A stretch of 64,000 nt of DNA from Felis catus (taxonomy: Eukaryota), in contig NC_058368.1 in NCBI RefSeq assembly GCF_018350175.1, positions 42,782,001 to 42,846,000 on the forward strand, read 5' to 3'. Both the position numbers and the translations under genes were made by a program. This document shows, piece by piece, positions 11,851 to 25,094 of this stretch (positions are counted from its first letter, which is position 1; every line of letters begins with the position of its first letter). The notes below the pieces were generated by a model, which was given only the letters and a program-made list of their open reading frames with translations, was not told the DNA's origin and did not search any database.

Positions 11851-14290
11851 GAATTTATTGAAGAGTATAAAAATGGATATAAAAAGCAGAGCTGCCAATG
11901 ACAAAAAGATAAAGGAAAGAAAACGAGGGTGTTCCTTGAATAAACAAGTAACATTTGGGTAAGGAGGGAAATGGAGGGGACAAAAAAGTAAGATGACAGA
12001 TGGAGCCAGCTTACAAAAGTGCAAGATTATATGAAAGAACTTCAACTTAACGTTCAACAGAGGGTTAGAAGGTTCTCTTGCACAGATTGGAATACCTTTT
12101 CCTGTACTAGAAAATGAAATATTAAAAGCCTTTATTATTGCACTGGAGCAGATAATTAGGCAATTAAAACTATTAAAATTTGATAGAATATCAGAATTTA
12201 TAAAGCATGCCTTCCAAATTTTAACTCCTCAAGCTAAGACTTGGCTATTGAAACATTACCCTTGCTTTTAAAAATTCTTAGTGCTTTGTTGCTGACAAAG
12301 TCTGCTTTCCATAATTGGGAATCAGAAGTACTGAAGGCAGAAGTGGAGTGTAGTGTTAAGAGAAAAATATTAAATTTGTAAGGAATTCACATATAGAAGG
12401 CAAAGAAGCCAGGCCAGGCAATGTGAAAAAAGATTTGTGAATTAAAGACAATCATATTAGCCAAGAATAGTTCTTTCTGAGTGAAAGGCTATTATAAAAA
12501 CCTTTTTCGGGAATGCATATAAAACACAAGCAGTCACATAACAGATTCATTATTAAACTGTTCTACATTTAAAAAAATTCAAATGTTTAAACCACATAGA
12601 ATTATTTCACATAAGAAGATGGGAATTAAATTTCAGATTGATACAAAATTTCCAACAGAAAAGTTTTTTGCAAACTTTAAGTAATACATAAATTAGAATT
12701 ATGAAGGATATTCTAATATTTTACTAAAAAATAAGGTAATTAGGATTTTATTTCTAACCAGGACAGAGAGGAAAATATAATCATCATGAGCAAATTAAGT
12801 CTCTTTTGTTATCCTACCTCAAAAATATCATTATCTATAGTTGTTGTTTGACCATTACTATAGCAACCTCAGGATCTGGTTTGTACTATAAAAATAAACC
12901 TCAATATTTAAACATAGAAGCCTCCTGAGAGCTTAATAAATTCTTGATTGCTTTATTAAACCACTAAAAAGTTGCACTTAAAATGTGAATGGTACCCGAC
13001 TTCATATTTTGGATTTTAGGTAAAAATCAGATCACATTTCTGGAAGATATTGTAGTGTTTTAAATTTTCCAGCAATATATTTACACATACTTCTGAGTAC
13101 ATAAATAGCCTAATGTGTTAAAATAATTTATTTCCAAGTTCTTTAAAAATTTTGTCTGTCAATTTTAGGATAACATTGGGTCTTTAGTTTATATGTTCAG
13201 AGAAACCATGACTTTCAAGAATAAAACAAGCAAAGTTCTTTTTTCTAATCTGAGAAAATTGTTTTAGATCATAGTGTGTCATTATATTTAAAAAGTCAGT
13301 GTTCAAGATTTCCAGCCAAGATAATTGATTCATGACATGTTAGAATATTCTTTCATTTAATTTTACTAGATAGCCATGTTCAAAAATAAGAAAAGAAAAT
13401 CCCCAGATGACTAGAAAGAAAATGGGTATCCAGAATGCGAATAAGAGTTAAATTCACATAGCCCACAGAGGGACAAGAAGTAAATATGGATATTAAGCAT
13501 AAGATTTAAAACACACGTGGGGCCCACAGTTAAAACTGGTTTGAATAAATCCAGAAGCCAGAATGGTGCTACACTCCCTATAATTAAGGACTAGAACAAT
13601 GTCTATCTTCTATCTTAGGGCCTCACCTGAAGACAAATCTCAATCTAGGCTGAAATATGGGGGAATCAACCACTAAGGAGTAAAAACATAACTCTCACTT
13701 GCTGTCAGTTTTACAAAGAACAAAATAGAAATAAAATTTAAAATTGGTAGCAACTGAACTCATAATGATATTTAAACCTCTAGTAAATCAACAATTGTCA
13801 GCAGTGCTATGGAACTTACAAGGAAAAAAGTAATAGTAGAAACATCCTACAAAGACACAGTGAAAGATGATTACTGCTGAAGATGAGCTCACAAACAAAA
13901 ACTATAGAATATATGTGAAGTACTACTGTATGAAAAGTCCACAGACTTAACCTAGGAAAATTTGCAGCAGAGTTTAAAGAAAGCAGAACAAGATTAAAGG
14001 GCCTGAAAAGTCTATATTAGGAATTGTGGTTTTCAACCCTAATCTTGGGCAGAATGTTTGAGAGTAAGAGATGCACAGGCCCTATGCTCAGAGGTTTTGG
14101 GTGAATCTAAGCTTTTAAGTTGATGGTAGTGGCAGTGATTTGTAATATTCAGAGAGTTTTGGGATGAGATAGCTCCCACAAAACATGCATAAAACATTGT
14201 AAAAATCTGGAAATGAGAAATACAGTTATTAAAAAAATAAAATTATTTTAGTTAGAAAAAATCAATATATAGTTAAAGAATAAATAAGCT

Positions 14291-15982
14291 CAGAGTTTCC
14301 CACCACTGTGGTTCTTTTAGTAAATCATAATTTACTATGAGATATAAATGATCATAAATTTTAATTTTAAAATACTTTCACAACCATTGAAATTATGTTA
14401 GAACATGTTCATGTCTTCCTCTATAAAATTCCTGAATGCATAATTTATATTTCTGTCCATGTGACTCTGTGCCTAGTCCCTGACACTATAGAATGTTCTA
14501 TGTTGGCTGTGCTGCATGGCCCCATTTCCCATCTTTCCCTTAAATATATCACTTAGTTTGATAATTACTTGTACTTTTTGTTGTTACAGACATTCCTTGT
14601 TTTGTATTATATTTTATATACTTTATTCTTTAATCCTGCACTTTTTTTTTTGTAATTTAGAATTTTTGTTGAATTGTTCTAGCAATTATTATTCTCAACA
14701 TCTGAACTTAAGCCTTCTGAAATAGAACATGCTTGAGTACATTCATTTCCCAGTTTTTCTATTGATCCTTCTCTCTTTTATCATTACTAATTTTTGAAAC
14801 TAAAAATTAGCCACAGTTTGATATTTGGCAGAATTTCATAATAAACTATTTTTTAGAATGGAAACATTGTTTATTTCTAAAAACTAGCTATGTTGATAAA
14901 ATGAGCTTCTTAAGTCCCTTATCATATACAAATATACCATTACTTTTTTGTGGTTTTATAAAATTATTTATTGAATTAAACAAAATTACTACTTCAATAT
15001 TTTTTAATTTTGTTAAACCATGCTAGATTTTTCAATATCTTCATTACAATTTTTTAAAACATTATCTTTTAAAAAACTGATTTCTGAAGCCAGAAATGTT
15101 TCTACTTAAGTTTTTTATATATAAAATAATTTAATTTGTGCATATTTTTATAGTCTAAGCATAATGAACATTTTGATTTCAATAATCAAAGTCACAAATA
15201 AATGTAGTAATCAAGGAAAAGACACAAAGAAATGAGAAAGAGAAGGGAAGGAGTGGGGGGAATAGGAAGAGGCAGAAAAAGAGAGAAGAAAGAAGGAAGG
15301 AGGTAAGAAGTAACAAAAATTAAGCTACACAAAGGTATCTTAGTGTGACTCAACAATTAATTTTCAAGCTAAACAGTTTATCAGAAATTTATCAAATAAA
15401 GCAATGATGTAGTTATACCAGCAATAGTGCCAAGCCTTATATAATTATACTAGCAAATGATCACAAAACTATCCTTTATAGACAGAGATTTAAACTTTTT
15501 AAACTTCTTTTATGAGGACATCACAAGAGTATTCATTTGAGCACTAGTTGTAATGTCTTGCAGTTAATAGCTGAAGTCCAAATAGCACACACATTGCAGA
15601 ACAATTCTCTTAATTAGCCTGCATGGCAATTGTCAACATTTGGTATTACTACAACAAGAGAAATATAAAGGTCTGGTTTCTAAAAAACACGATGAATACA
15701 TGTCATCACATGTCAGTTGGTATAGATAAACCACAAAATCTTATTATTAAGTCAAAAAACCTTATTACTACAATTTTGAGTACCTAAAGATATTAGTCAC
15801 TGTGGCTGGTTAAATAATACTAGCTATACATCTTGGAGACATTATTGAAAGACCTCAGTTGCTATGTTCAATATTTAAAGCAAATTAGTAGAATGAGCAG
15901 GCTTGTCTTTTACTCAAGTGTGCCCTACAAGTATTAGTATTTTCTATAAGTTCCATGATGAGATGGAAGCTGGGAAACATTG
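14291..15982 (+). mobile_element. hAT-Charlie DNA transposon fossil with decayed transposase segment
   Basis: Imperfect terminal inverted repeats: cagagtttcccacc (14291-14304) and gctgggaaacattg (15969-15982). Hand translation across frameshifts and a stop at about 15390-15730 gives LSNKAM...LSTSCNVLQLIAEVQIAHT/IAEQFS*LACMAIVNI...LKNTMNTCHHMSVGID, matching Charlie/ZBED5-type motifs (ASYxVxxxIAKxKKPHTIAExLIxPA; LSNNTxxRRIxxMSxDI). Confidence 0.65.
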
Positions 15983-16809
15983 AGCTTGAAATCTTTGTAC
16001 AGATACTTAGTGAATTTAAAGACAGAGCAAGAGAATGTCCCAAAAACCTGTATGGAGGGATAAAAAGATGGCAGACAGGAAACAGGAATAAGGAGAGAAG
16101 GAGATTATTATGACATTCTGTAACATACTTCTAAAAGAAGAATAAGCAGGAAAAATAAAGTGAATGGTAGAGAAGAAATATTAGAAACAATAAAATCTTC
16201 AATTATTCCAGAGTGAACAAATGTATGAACGATTAGGTTGAGAAGCCCATGTATGGAATAAACACATTATAGTAAATTCACAGAACATCAGGACAGACTG
16301 AAAATCCTGGAGTCCACCAGAGAGGACAATTTCAGATTCTCTACAGAAGAAAGGTATCAGGACAGCAAACTGTTCTTCAGATACAATCGCTGAGAAAAGA
16401 AAATTATGTGATTACTTAGAAAGGTTAATCCCAGAGACTGTTGGTAAAAGAACTCTGTAAGATGCATTTCTGCAAATGAAGAAAAAGTGAATGCTGAAGA
16501 AAAAAAAAAAAAGACAAAAAGTCAATGAGAACACATATTGGCAAAATGTAGTAATATACTTACTAAGTACTAACAATAAAAAATAAGAAGTAAAATACAA
16601 AGAAAATAGAATAAGTTTAATATAGTTTTATGGGTAATAAAAATTAGAATTAAATGTGCAAAAGATGCATGAGATTCTGCAGAGGACAATTTCATAAGAA
16701 ACTAAAGTATAGGCCATTCAACCTTCCTTGTTCTGGATCAAGAGCAAGGCATTGATTAATATTAGCATTTATTAGGGAAAAAATGTAGATTTAAATATGA
16801 ATGTTAACA

Positions 16810-17043
16810 GGGTTTCCTGGGTGACTCAGTTGGTTAAGTGCCCAACTGACTCTTGGTTTTGTCTTAGATCATGATCTCACAGTTCCTCAGTTCAAGCCCT
16901 GCATCAGTCTCCTGGGCTGACAGTATGGAGCCTGCTTGGGATTCTCTCTCTTTCCCTCTCTCTCTGCCCCTCCTCAACTCATGCACATATTCTCTTCCTC
17001 TCTCCTCAAAATAAATAAATAGACTTAAAAAAAAGTAAAACTA
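16810..17043 (+). mobile_element. Can-SINE (older SINEC)
   Basis: Head, CT tract and tail; TSD core aatgttaaca (16800-16809 / 17044-17053). Confidence 0.93.
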
Positions 17044-17949
17044 AATGTTAACAACTGAAGGAAAAACTAGGAAGAAATATACAATATGCAACTCTGAAGA
17101 TGAAAATTAAGGGAAGTACAAAACTAACTAATCTAACAATAGTCAAAAGACAGTAAAAGCAAAGTGAAGCAAATTGTCAGAAGACAATGGTGCAAAACAG
17201 TCCAAATTGTCAGCATTTGCAACAAATGTAAAAAGGCTTAACTCCATATTAGATGATAAAAAAGTCTTTCATTGGGTAAAAGCTGAAATTCAGATATATG
17301 CTCCTTTTAGAGAAATCCTAAATCAGAAGACACAGAAAAGTTGACTATAAAAGGGTTATAAAGATATACACAAGTAAGTGCTATCCCGTAAATCCTGGTG
17401 CAGCAAAGTTAACCTCAGATAAATGAGAAGGCAAAGTAAATAGTGTTAAAAGGGGGGAAGAGAGTCCTTTCTAAGTATTTTCTCAAGAAGAGTAAATTGT
17501 TCAAAAATAAAAGCCATAGAAAAATACCAATTGGAAACCATTATATGGCTCTTAGAGCCACTATCAACAAATGGAAGACAATGAGTGAAAAGTAATGTTT
17601 GTGTCACTTTCAAATTTGTCAGTTGTCAATAAATATATTCAATGGATTCAATAATTACTTTATACAGTTTGGTTTGAAATAGAGTTAATGTTATATTATT
17701 TTGTTTAATACATATTTTATAGCTTATTAATATTTTGGATTAGTACTGTTGGATTCTTTTCATTTCACTTCAAAACACTATTTTATGTACTGCTAATATA
17801 ATTAATAATCCTTGTAAAGACCTGGAAAAGAGAAGATTTAAAAATATATAAAATAATAAGTTTTAATTCTAATGTATAAAGATAAGCCTTACAAATATTT
17901 TGGTTTGTATTATTTAAAAAAATGGTGATAATGGTGATGATGATGATGA

Positions 17950-18066
17950 CGATAACTGACTTATTGAGTTCTTACTACACCAAAGATTATTTTCCCACTT
18001 TATAGCTATTATTTAATACATACAATCATATTATTATCCCTATTATAATAGGCATAGGAAGGTTAA
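17950..18066 (-). mobile_element. Degenerate MIR fragment
   Basis: ataactgacttattgagttcttactac...ttattatccctatt. Confidence 0.45.
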
Positions 18067-18264
18067 TAAACAGAAGCAGGAATAGAAACAATTCAATCAG
18101 ATATAGTAGGGCTCCCCACTAGAACCTACATTGGAATGTAGAAGTGACTGCAGGTTTTTTGCAATTAGAGCCACCTTACCAGGAGTATATGATCACATAC
18201 ATACATACATACATGCATACATACACATATACATTATATGCATATGCATATGTGTGCGTGATTT

Positions 18265-18660
18265 TGTGATATAATAATAAATATCTATTTTAGTCTTTTT
18301 TCTCTGGTCCTGGCCTGACCGCTAAAACCCTTGTAGTTTCTTATTAAGAGCCATAGTATTTGTTTTGTTATAATATTTGGTTTTTGTCCTTAGTTCTCAA
18401 AACAGCTCTGGAGTGATAAAAGGATGATCTTTTGTCATTTATAAAAAGCATCTTTCAACCACCCCTGAGTTTATGTTAACGATGTGACTTTTGGAAAGCC
18501 CCTAAAGATGGTAGGGGATGATTGCCAGGGCAATTGGTCATGTGACTAACGTATTGGAAAGTTCAGTCCTGCCCCCACTACCATGGAGGTTGTATTAGTC
18601 ACCAATGGCTACTGACCTATTCATGCCTACTTATTGATGCCTCTAATAAACACCCCTACC
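18265..18660 (+). mobile_element. MER21-like ERVL LTR, 5' part
   Basis: Starts tgtgatataataataaatatc; contains ctaaaacccttg, ctttcaaccacccctgagtttatgttaa and caccaatggc...tcatgcctac, all characteristic of MER21. Confidence 0.75.
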
Positions 18661-18928
18661 TAAAGCTTTGTTTCTGTATGAAAGCAGTAATTCTAAAAAC
18701 AACATAGATTCTACACTTAAATACTTCTGTAAACTCTGACGGGATCCCAGGGACAATTTAGATTGGTAGTAGGGGAGAGGGGCCAGGCTATGAATGAAAA
18801 AAAGAAAGCAACAGAATGTTTTCACAGAAACACTGTCACTGTGCAACACTTGATTGGATTTATATAATGCTATTTACTTCACTAAATATTTTTGGACTTC
18901 TAATTAAAATAGGTTTTAGCAAACGGCG

Positions 18929-18929
<1 letters not shown>

Positions 18930-18960
<31 letters not shown>
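18930..18960. repeat. (CA)n microsatellite
   Basis: Direct reading of the sequence. Confidence 0.95.
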
Positions 18961-18961
<1 letters not shown>

Positions 18962-19096
18962 TTATGTACAGGACCTCATACTTCATGTTGCCTGTATTCT
19001 AAACTACCATTATAAGATTAATCACTTCACCAGTATAAAAGGAGAGAACAGAGTCTAAATATGTATTGGCAAATATTTCCAATTTGTACGTGTCTT

Positions 19097-19306
19097 TTTT
19101 TAAAAATATTTATTTATTTATTTATTTGAGAGAGAGAGAGCAGTGAGCAGAGGAGGGGTGGAGAGAGAGGCAGAAAGAGAGGGAGAGAGAATCCCAAACA
19201 GCTGACAGCGTGGAGCCGATGCAGGGCTTGAACTCAGGAACTCTGAGATCATGACCTGAGCTCAAACTAAGAGTCAGATGCTCAACTGACTGAGCCTCCC
19301 AGGCCC
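19097..19306 (-). mobile_element. Can-SINE
   Basis: Antisense tail, AG tract and head; degenerate TSD aatttgtacgtgtctt / aatttgtgcatgactt. Confidence 0.92.
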
Positions 19307-19939
19307 TAATTTGTGCATGACTTTAAGGAAAGAATAGGACAAGAGAAATAGGACAAGAGGAAAGAATGGAGGTTCTCTACCATTTCTTCAGTGTTAGTCA
19401 TAGAATTGCAACTTTGAAAGTTGTAGCTTTAAAACACATATACAATTGAAATTTTACCAAGAAAAACTTTTATATTAATGTTGAAACACATTGAGTAAGA
19501 TGCTATTAATATTTTACAATTCTTAATATTTTGTGTTTTCTCCTGTAAAGAGTTAGTATATTAAGAGAGTTGCAGGAAAAATTGTTTTGGATAGGTTTTT
19601 CAGGGTACCCCCACAAATAAGCCAGCTTATAGATTTTGTCCAGAGTAGGCCAATAGGCTGATTAAATATACTTCTCATCGATCATCTACCTAGCATCTAT
19701 CTATCATCTATTTATGTACTATAAAATTTGCTAGTATATTTTCTAATATGCTAGTAGTATAGACACATATTATGTGACATATATATATATATATATATAT
19801 ATCTCATAATAGTGTAGGTGCTATTATCTAATATAGAATTAGTAATATACCAATTAGTCTAGATAACATTGTACTGTTAATAACATATTTGGCTAATGGT
19901 CTAGATAGTATTGTATTGTTAATAATATATTTAATTATG

Positions 19940-20375
19940 GGTTATGGGTTGAATTGTGCCCCCCTAAAATTCATCATGTTGAAATTCTAAATCTTAGATG
20001 TGACCTCATATGGAAATAGGGTCATTGCAGATGTAATCAGTTAAGAGGAGGTATACTGAAGTAGGATAATCTAACATGACTGGTGCCTTTAGGAAAAAAG
20101 GAAATTAACGTTCAAATATGCACACAAGAAGAATGCCCGTGGATATGAAGACAGAGATTGGTGATGCTTCTGCAAGCCAAGTAATTGCAAAGAGTTTCAA
20201 CAAACCACAAGAAGCACTGAACAAGTTTTCTCTCACAGCCCTGGGAGGAAACCAACCCTGCTGACATTTTGATCTTGGACTGTGAGCCTCCAGAACTGTG
20301 AAAAAAATATATTTCTGTTGTTTTAGCCACCCCACTTGAGGTACTTTGTTACAATGGCTTTAGCAAACTAATACA
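19940..20375 (+). mobile_element. MaLR solo LTR (MLT1C-like)
   Basis: gttatgggttgaattgtgcccccc...ggaaatagggtcattgcagatgtaat...aaccaaccctgctgac...agcctccagaactgtga...tagcaaactaataca. Confidence 0.9.
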
Positions 20376-21254
20376 CTATACTACATGATATAGATGACAT
20401 ACCTAATATACTAATATATCTATAGTAATACACACCTACCTCTCTAATATAAAACATAGTGCCACCATTCTGAAAGACACAAAAAGTTCTAAGATAAAAG
20501 TGAAATTAAGTGAAACATAGTTGTATTTGGGTTTGTTGATTGATGTGGCTAATGTTTATGCATACATAATAGCTTGTAGAAAAGTGATAAAAAGTTGGAA
20601 ATGACCTTTGTGGTTATTTAATCAAGCATCTGTCTCAGTACTGTAATAAGCTCCATAAGATGTTTGACTAGCAGCCAACGACCTTCTTTCATGGGAGCAG
20701 ACAGAGAGGTATGACTGACCACCAAAAGGCACCAGGGAAGAGTTGGAAAGAGGAAGTGATAATTAGACTGAATTGAAACATGTACAAGAATGGCAAAGCG
20801 CCCTCAGGCTAGAGTGGCAAAGAGAAAAGTGACAGTTTAGTGGGAGAAGTTGATTTAGCCAGTTTGTGAAATGTCAGTGGTACTTAAAGGTGCCTTAACT
20901 AGTAGTCTCTTAGGTGATGGGGAGTTTTTAGGATTGTTTACATCTTTTACAAAGTAAATGTGCCTATTATTAATAGCTTTATATTTTAGGAAGCTCACAT
21001 GGGTGAAAGACTAAAGGTGCTTGGGAGAAAGGTCAGAATGCAGGCAGCTCGATCAATAGGGGAATGTTACTTGCTTGTTTAGTCTTAAAATAATTTGCAG
21101 TCCTTCATCTAATATCATTTGATGATTGGATGTGTCTTATCCACAGGTTTTTTCCAATTGTATCTAATGTCACTCACTGTCATGTTTCCTATGCATTGGT
21201 CATAGTGAAATTTTTGGTATTCTATAAATACACATTTTCTTCATGGTACTGTGA

Positions 21255-21837
21255 CTTTGCACAAGCTATTCTTATTGTCTGAAAAAACATTTCTCCCATT
21301 ACTTGACTATTAAAATCTAATCTATGTCTAAGATACAGCTCAGAGTCACCTACATTTTGAAGTACCTTTGAGCATCCAAAGCAATATTGTTGCTCATCCC
21401 ACTCTGCTCCCAAAGTATTTTAAACTTTATAACAGCCCTTATGTATTATATTATTATTATTTTATATTGATTTATTTTGAGAGAGAGAGATAGACCATGC
21501 ATGCAAGTTGAGGAAGGATAGAGAGAGAGGGAGAGAGAACTCAAGCAGGCTCCATGCTGTCAACACACAGTCTGATGCGGGGCTAAGTCCCACAGACCAT
21601 GAGATCGTGACCTGGGCCAAAATCAAAAGTCGATGAAAATTGACTGAGTTACACAGGTGCGCCAACATTATTCTTGCATATTTTTGTGGCCATACATTCA
21701 GTAACATATGCCACTTTGATATATGTAATAGATATATAGTACTGTATTATATTTATCTTTGTATTTCCTATCTGCAGAGTGTTTTATACATAATATAAAG
21801 TTAGTAAATGTTGGTTATATTAAAAATGGCATGAATG
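21255..21837 (+). mobile_element. L2 3' region, interrupted by a SINE
   Basis: cagctcagagtcacct...atttatctttgtatttcc...tagtaaatgttgg...atgaatg terminus. Confidence 0.55.
21450..21663 (-). mobile_element. Can-SINE
   Basis: Antisense AG tract, aagcaggctccatgctgtca, gagatcgtgacctgggcc; ends caggtgcgcc. Confidence 0.92.
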
Positions 21838-23146
21838 TTATATCAGGTAAATTTTGTGTTGGAAATTGGAGGATAAATAAAAGCCATCAGATTAGAAAGA
21901 TGTCTTGAAGATCTTATCAAATACCTATTATGAAAAAACGTGAACTCATTGGAAAGCTCTCTGTATAGGCTAACTTGGGGTTTTTATTATTGTGGCCCTG
22001 GCCCAGCAATGAATTGGAAATTCCATTAATGTTTGACAAAAGGTCAAACTCAAAGTGGATATTTTAGAATTAATTTTAGAATTAAGCTTGTTTGAGGTTG
22101 AACTCACAGGATAAAACTATGCAAAATGAGGATTTATAAAAATTTTAATATAAAAATATTGAGATAGATTGCAAAATTTATTTACAAAAGTAAACTGACT
22201 TCTTTGTTTTTGTCTTGAACCAATCCTGTCTTTTTTTTTAAGCTGGCAGATATCTATTACAAGAAAAAAAAGGGTTTAAGTTTTGGTCCCATCTTTTTAA
22301 AATGTAGCAAATTGATCATTTAAATAATTTTCTATGATAAGACAATAAAAATCATCATCTCTCAGATTTCTTACTCATTTACCCTTCCTCCATAGTTATA
22401 GTCCACTATAATATCTGAGTATTTTGGAGAAAAACTTTGCCTTATGAACTCTATGGTGGGAGGAGAAAGCGATACTTGGCGAGGTGGGAGCAGTCCAGTT
22501 CCCTTACTCTGCAGGACTATCTGTTGGGTACTTACTTGCTACAACTATCTGTTGGCAATTGCAACTGAAAACTTCAGTAGCTATAATTTATGATCCAGTC
22601 TTTCTTGGCCTCACTTTAGCTCTTGCTGTCATAGAAAACCCTTCTGGCATCTGGCTGGGACTCCCACTTATCTACCACTTTGACCCTGGTAAGGAAGCAT
22701 CCTGGAGTAAGTAGAATTTGGAGGAGTCCTGGTATTAATGTATATTACTCATTCAAAATTATGCATCTGTTAGTTTATTATAATCTTAACCAAAATGTCT
22801 TTAGGGTCTTAAGGAAAGCCTAATTTACTTACACTAGTATTTAACAGGAGGGATGGTCATGAGTACGTTTTAGATTGACCTTTATTCAGCATGCTTTCAC
22901 AAACATATTCATAAAAACACTTCTCAATAGCTATACATGCAATACAGATCTCCAGTTAATGATTCTTTTTGGAATCATGTCCTCCTTTGCTGCCATGAGA
23001 AGGAGGTTCTTTAGGGTTCTTTCTTGATGAATTTTTCCATAAATACTTATGAGTCTGATGATCCTTTTTAATGTGTTTCTTGGTGATTTGAAATAATAGA
23101 CTGCCTGAGAAACATGTTTATACAGGCCTTCCTGAAAAACAGTATA

Positions 23147-23170
23147 GTGTGTGTGTGTGTGTGTGTGTGT
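23147..23170. repeat. (TG)n microsatellite
   Basis: Direct reading of the sequence. Confidence 0.95.
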
Positions 23171-23404
23171 ACGTGTTTGCCTGTGTACGTGTATAAATAT
23201 TATAACCCCTTTAATTATAGAAGTTGGATTAAGTGAATATTCTTATTAATAAATATCATGTATAAGATCTAAGTTATCTATGTGAGTCAAAGATACTTTT
23301 TGGAGAAACTACTCTCCCAACTTTTAATAGGTTTGTATTTAATAATTACTAATCAATTTTCCTCCATTTTTCTTGCTTAAAATTGTTTTTAAGAAATTTA
23401 GACT

Positions 23405-24004
23405 ATATCCAAAGGATACAAAAATGCTGATTTGAAAGGACACATGCACCCCCAAAGTTTACAACAGCACTATTGACAACAGTAAATTATGGAAAGAGCC
23501 CAAATGTCTATGTCTATTGACTGATGAATGGATAAAGAACAGGTGGTATATATATATATGGAATATGCAATGGAATATTATTTGGCAGTCAAAAAAGATG
23601 AAATCCTGCCATTTGCAACAATAAGTGTATTATGCTAAGTGAAATAAGTCAGGCAGTGGAAGACAAATATCATACAGTTTCACTTATATGTGGAATTTAA
23701 GAAACAAAACAGATGAACATAGAGGAAGGGAAGGAAAAATAAAATAAGAAAAAGAGAGGGAGGCAAGTCATCAGAGATTCTTAAATACAGAAAACAAAGT
23801 GAGGGTTGCTGGAGGGGTGGTGGGGGGGGATGGGCTAAATGTGTGATGGATATTAAGGAGGGCACTTGTTGGAATGAGCACTGGGTGCTATATGGAAGTG
23901 ATGAATCACTGGGTTCTACTCCTGAAACCATTATTACACTATATGTTAACTATGTTGGAGTTAAATAAAAAATAATTAAAATAAAGTCTGTTAAAAAAAA
24001 AAGA
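23405..24004 (+). mobile_element. 5'-truncated carnivore L1 3' end
   Basis: atccaaaggatacaaaaatgctgatttga...gatgaatggataaagaa...gatgaatcactgggttctactcctgaaacc, A tail; TSD core aagaaattta (23391-23400 / 24005-24014). Confidence 0.93.
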
Positions 24005-24021
24005 AAGAAATTTACATTACA

Positions 24022-24150
24022 TGATAGCAGTGTGGTCAGAAGCAATGTCTCTGGATTCAAATTACATGAATTTTTTGTAAAATGGAAATAATAATACTAT
24101 CTCCAGAGGATTGTTGTGAGGACTAAATGAAATGACATTTCTCAAAGCTT
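24022..24150 (+). mobile_element. MIR fragment
   Basis: gtaaaatggaaataataatactatctccagaggattgttgtgaggactaaatgaaatga is the MIR core. Confidence 0.7.
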
Positions 24151-24544
24151 ATCCATTGCTTGATGGCCTGAAAACAAAACTATTAACTAATATCATCTTG
24201 TGTTGGAGAAATGGGCCTTCAATTTTAATTTATCTATGTAAGCAGAAACTACCTCTACTAGCGTGGACTTCCTTGGCTCTCTTTCCAACAAACATGTGAT
24301 GATCTTATATTCAGTCAAGTGTTCTAGTATGGATCTACAATTTTTATAAAAAAGTTAGTAGTTTGTTCTCTATACTTGAACAGTTACATAGAATAGTTTC
24401 CTTAAAAGGATTTGTCAGGGAGGCAATCTTTAGCTCAATATTGCTCAACAGTTATTATATTTTAGTTGAAAAGAAAAAACATTGAGGGAGGCTTGCCATA
24501 AGGTTATGTACGCTGCACCCACTAGTAGAGATCATTGGTTTTTA

Positions 24545-24777
24545 TTTTTATTTTTTTTAAAATTTTTCTTTTTTCAACGTTTATTTATTTTTGGGACAGA
24601 GAGAGACAGAGCATGAACGGGGGAGGGGCAGAGAGAGAGGGAGACACAGAATCGGAAACAGGCTCCAGGCTCTGAGCCATCAGCCCAGAGCCTGACGCGG
24701 GGCTCGAACTCACGGACCACGAGATCGTGACCTGGCTGAAGTCGGACGCTTAACCGACTGCACCACCCAGGCGCCCC
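24545..24777 (-). mobile_element. Young felid Can-SINE (SINEC_Fc)
   Basis: CpG-intact copy; perfect 16-bp TSD agatcattggttttta (24529-24544 / 24778-24793). Confidence 0.98.
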
Positions 24778-25094
24778 AGATCATTGGTTTTTAAACACTG
24801 CTGTGGTGTTGTCATTTTTGTTGTTTCAAGAGGCAAAGGCATTATTCTCCAAGGAAATCTTACAGAGAAAACCAAGAGATGAAAGAGACTTCAAAGAATT
24901 TACTCAGTTTGAAGGATGTAAGGACCATCATAACCACACAGTTATTCATCAACTCTTTTAGTCCATAATGCAGAATCCTCTGATTTTGAGGATCGAAAAC
25001 TACTCCTTTGGATAATTTTATTTCTATTCTTATATTATCAAGGAAGTCAGAGAACTGTGTACTCAACTCATATTGTATTAGTTTCCCATTCTTT

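Larger units (their letters stand above)
13300..17470 (+). mobile_element. Ancient L1/HAL1-like element: 5' region, ORF1 and start of ORF2, interrupted by a Charlie element and a SINE
   Basis: agatgagctcacaaacaaaaactatagaatatatgtg (about 13880); ORF1-like tagtgaatttaaagacagagc and aacacattatagtaaattcacagaacatca...aaaatcctg; ORF2-start-like aaatgtaaaaaggcttaactcc...attgggtaaa...atatatgctcc (17220-17310). Left boundary uncertain. Confidence 0.65.

Noticed and set aside
11573..12057. Longest ORFs (129 aa plus, 122 aa minus)
   Set aside because: They span a (CA)n/(AG)n microsatellite, have low-complexity composition and show no recognisable domain.
14020..14160. Possible MER5-like hAT fragment
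   Set aside because: Similarity too degenerate to call without an alignment.
24854..24917. Possible plus-strand exon (EILQRKPRDERDFKEFTQFEG, followed by gtaagg)
   Set aside because: Weak acceptor, T at the donor -1 position, wedged between two SINEs, peptide not recognised.
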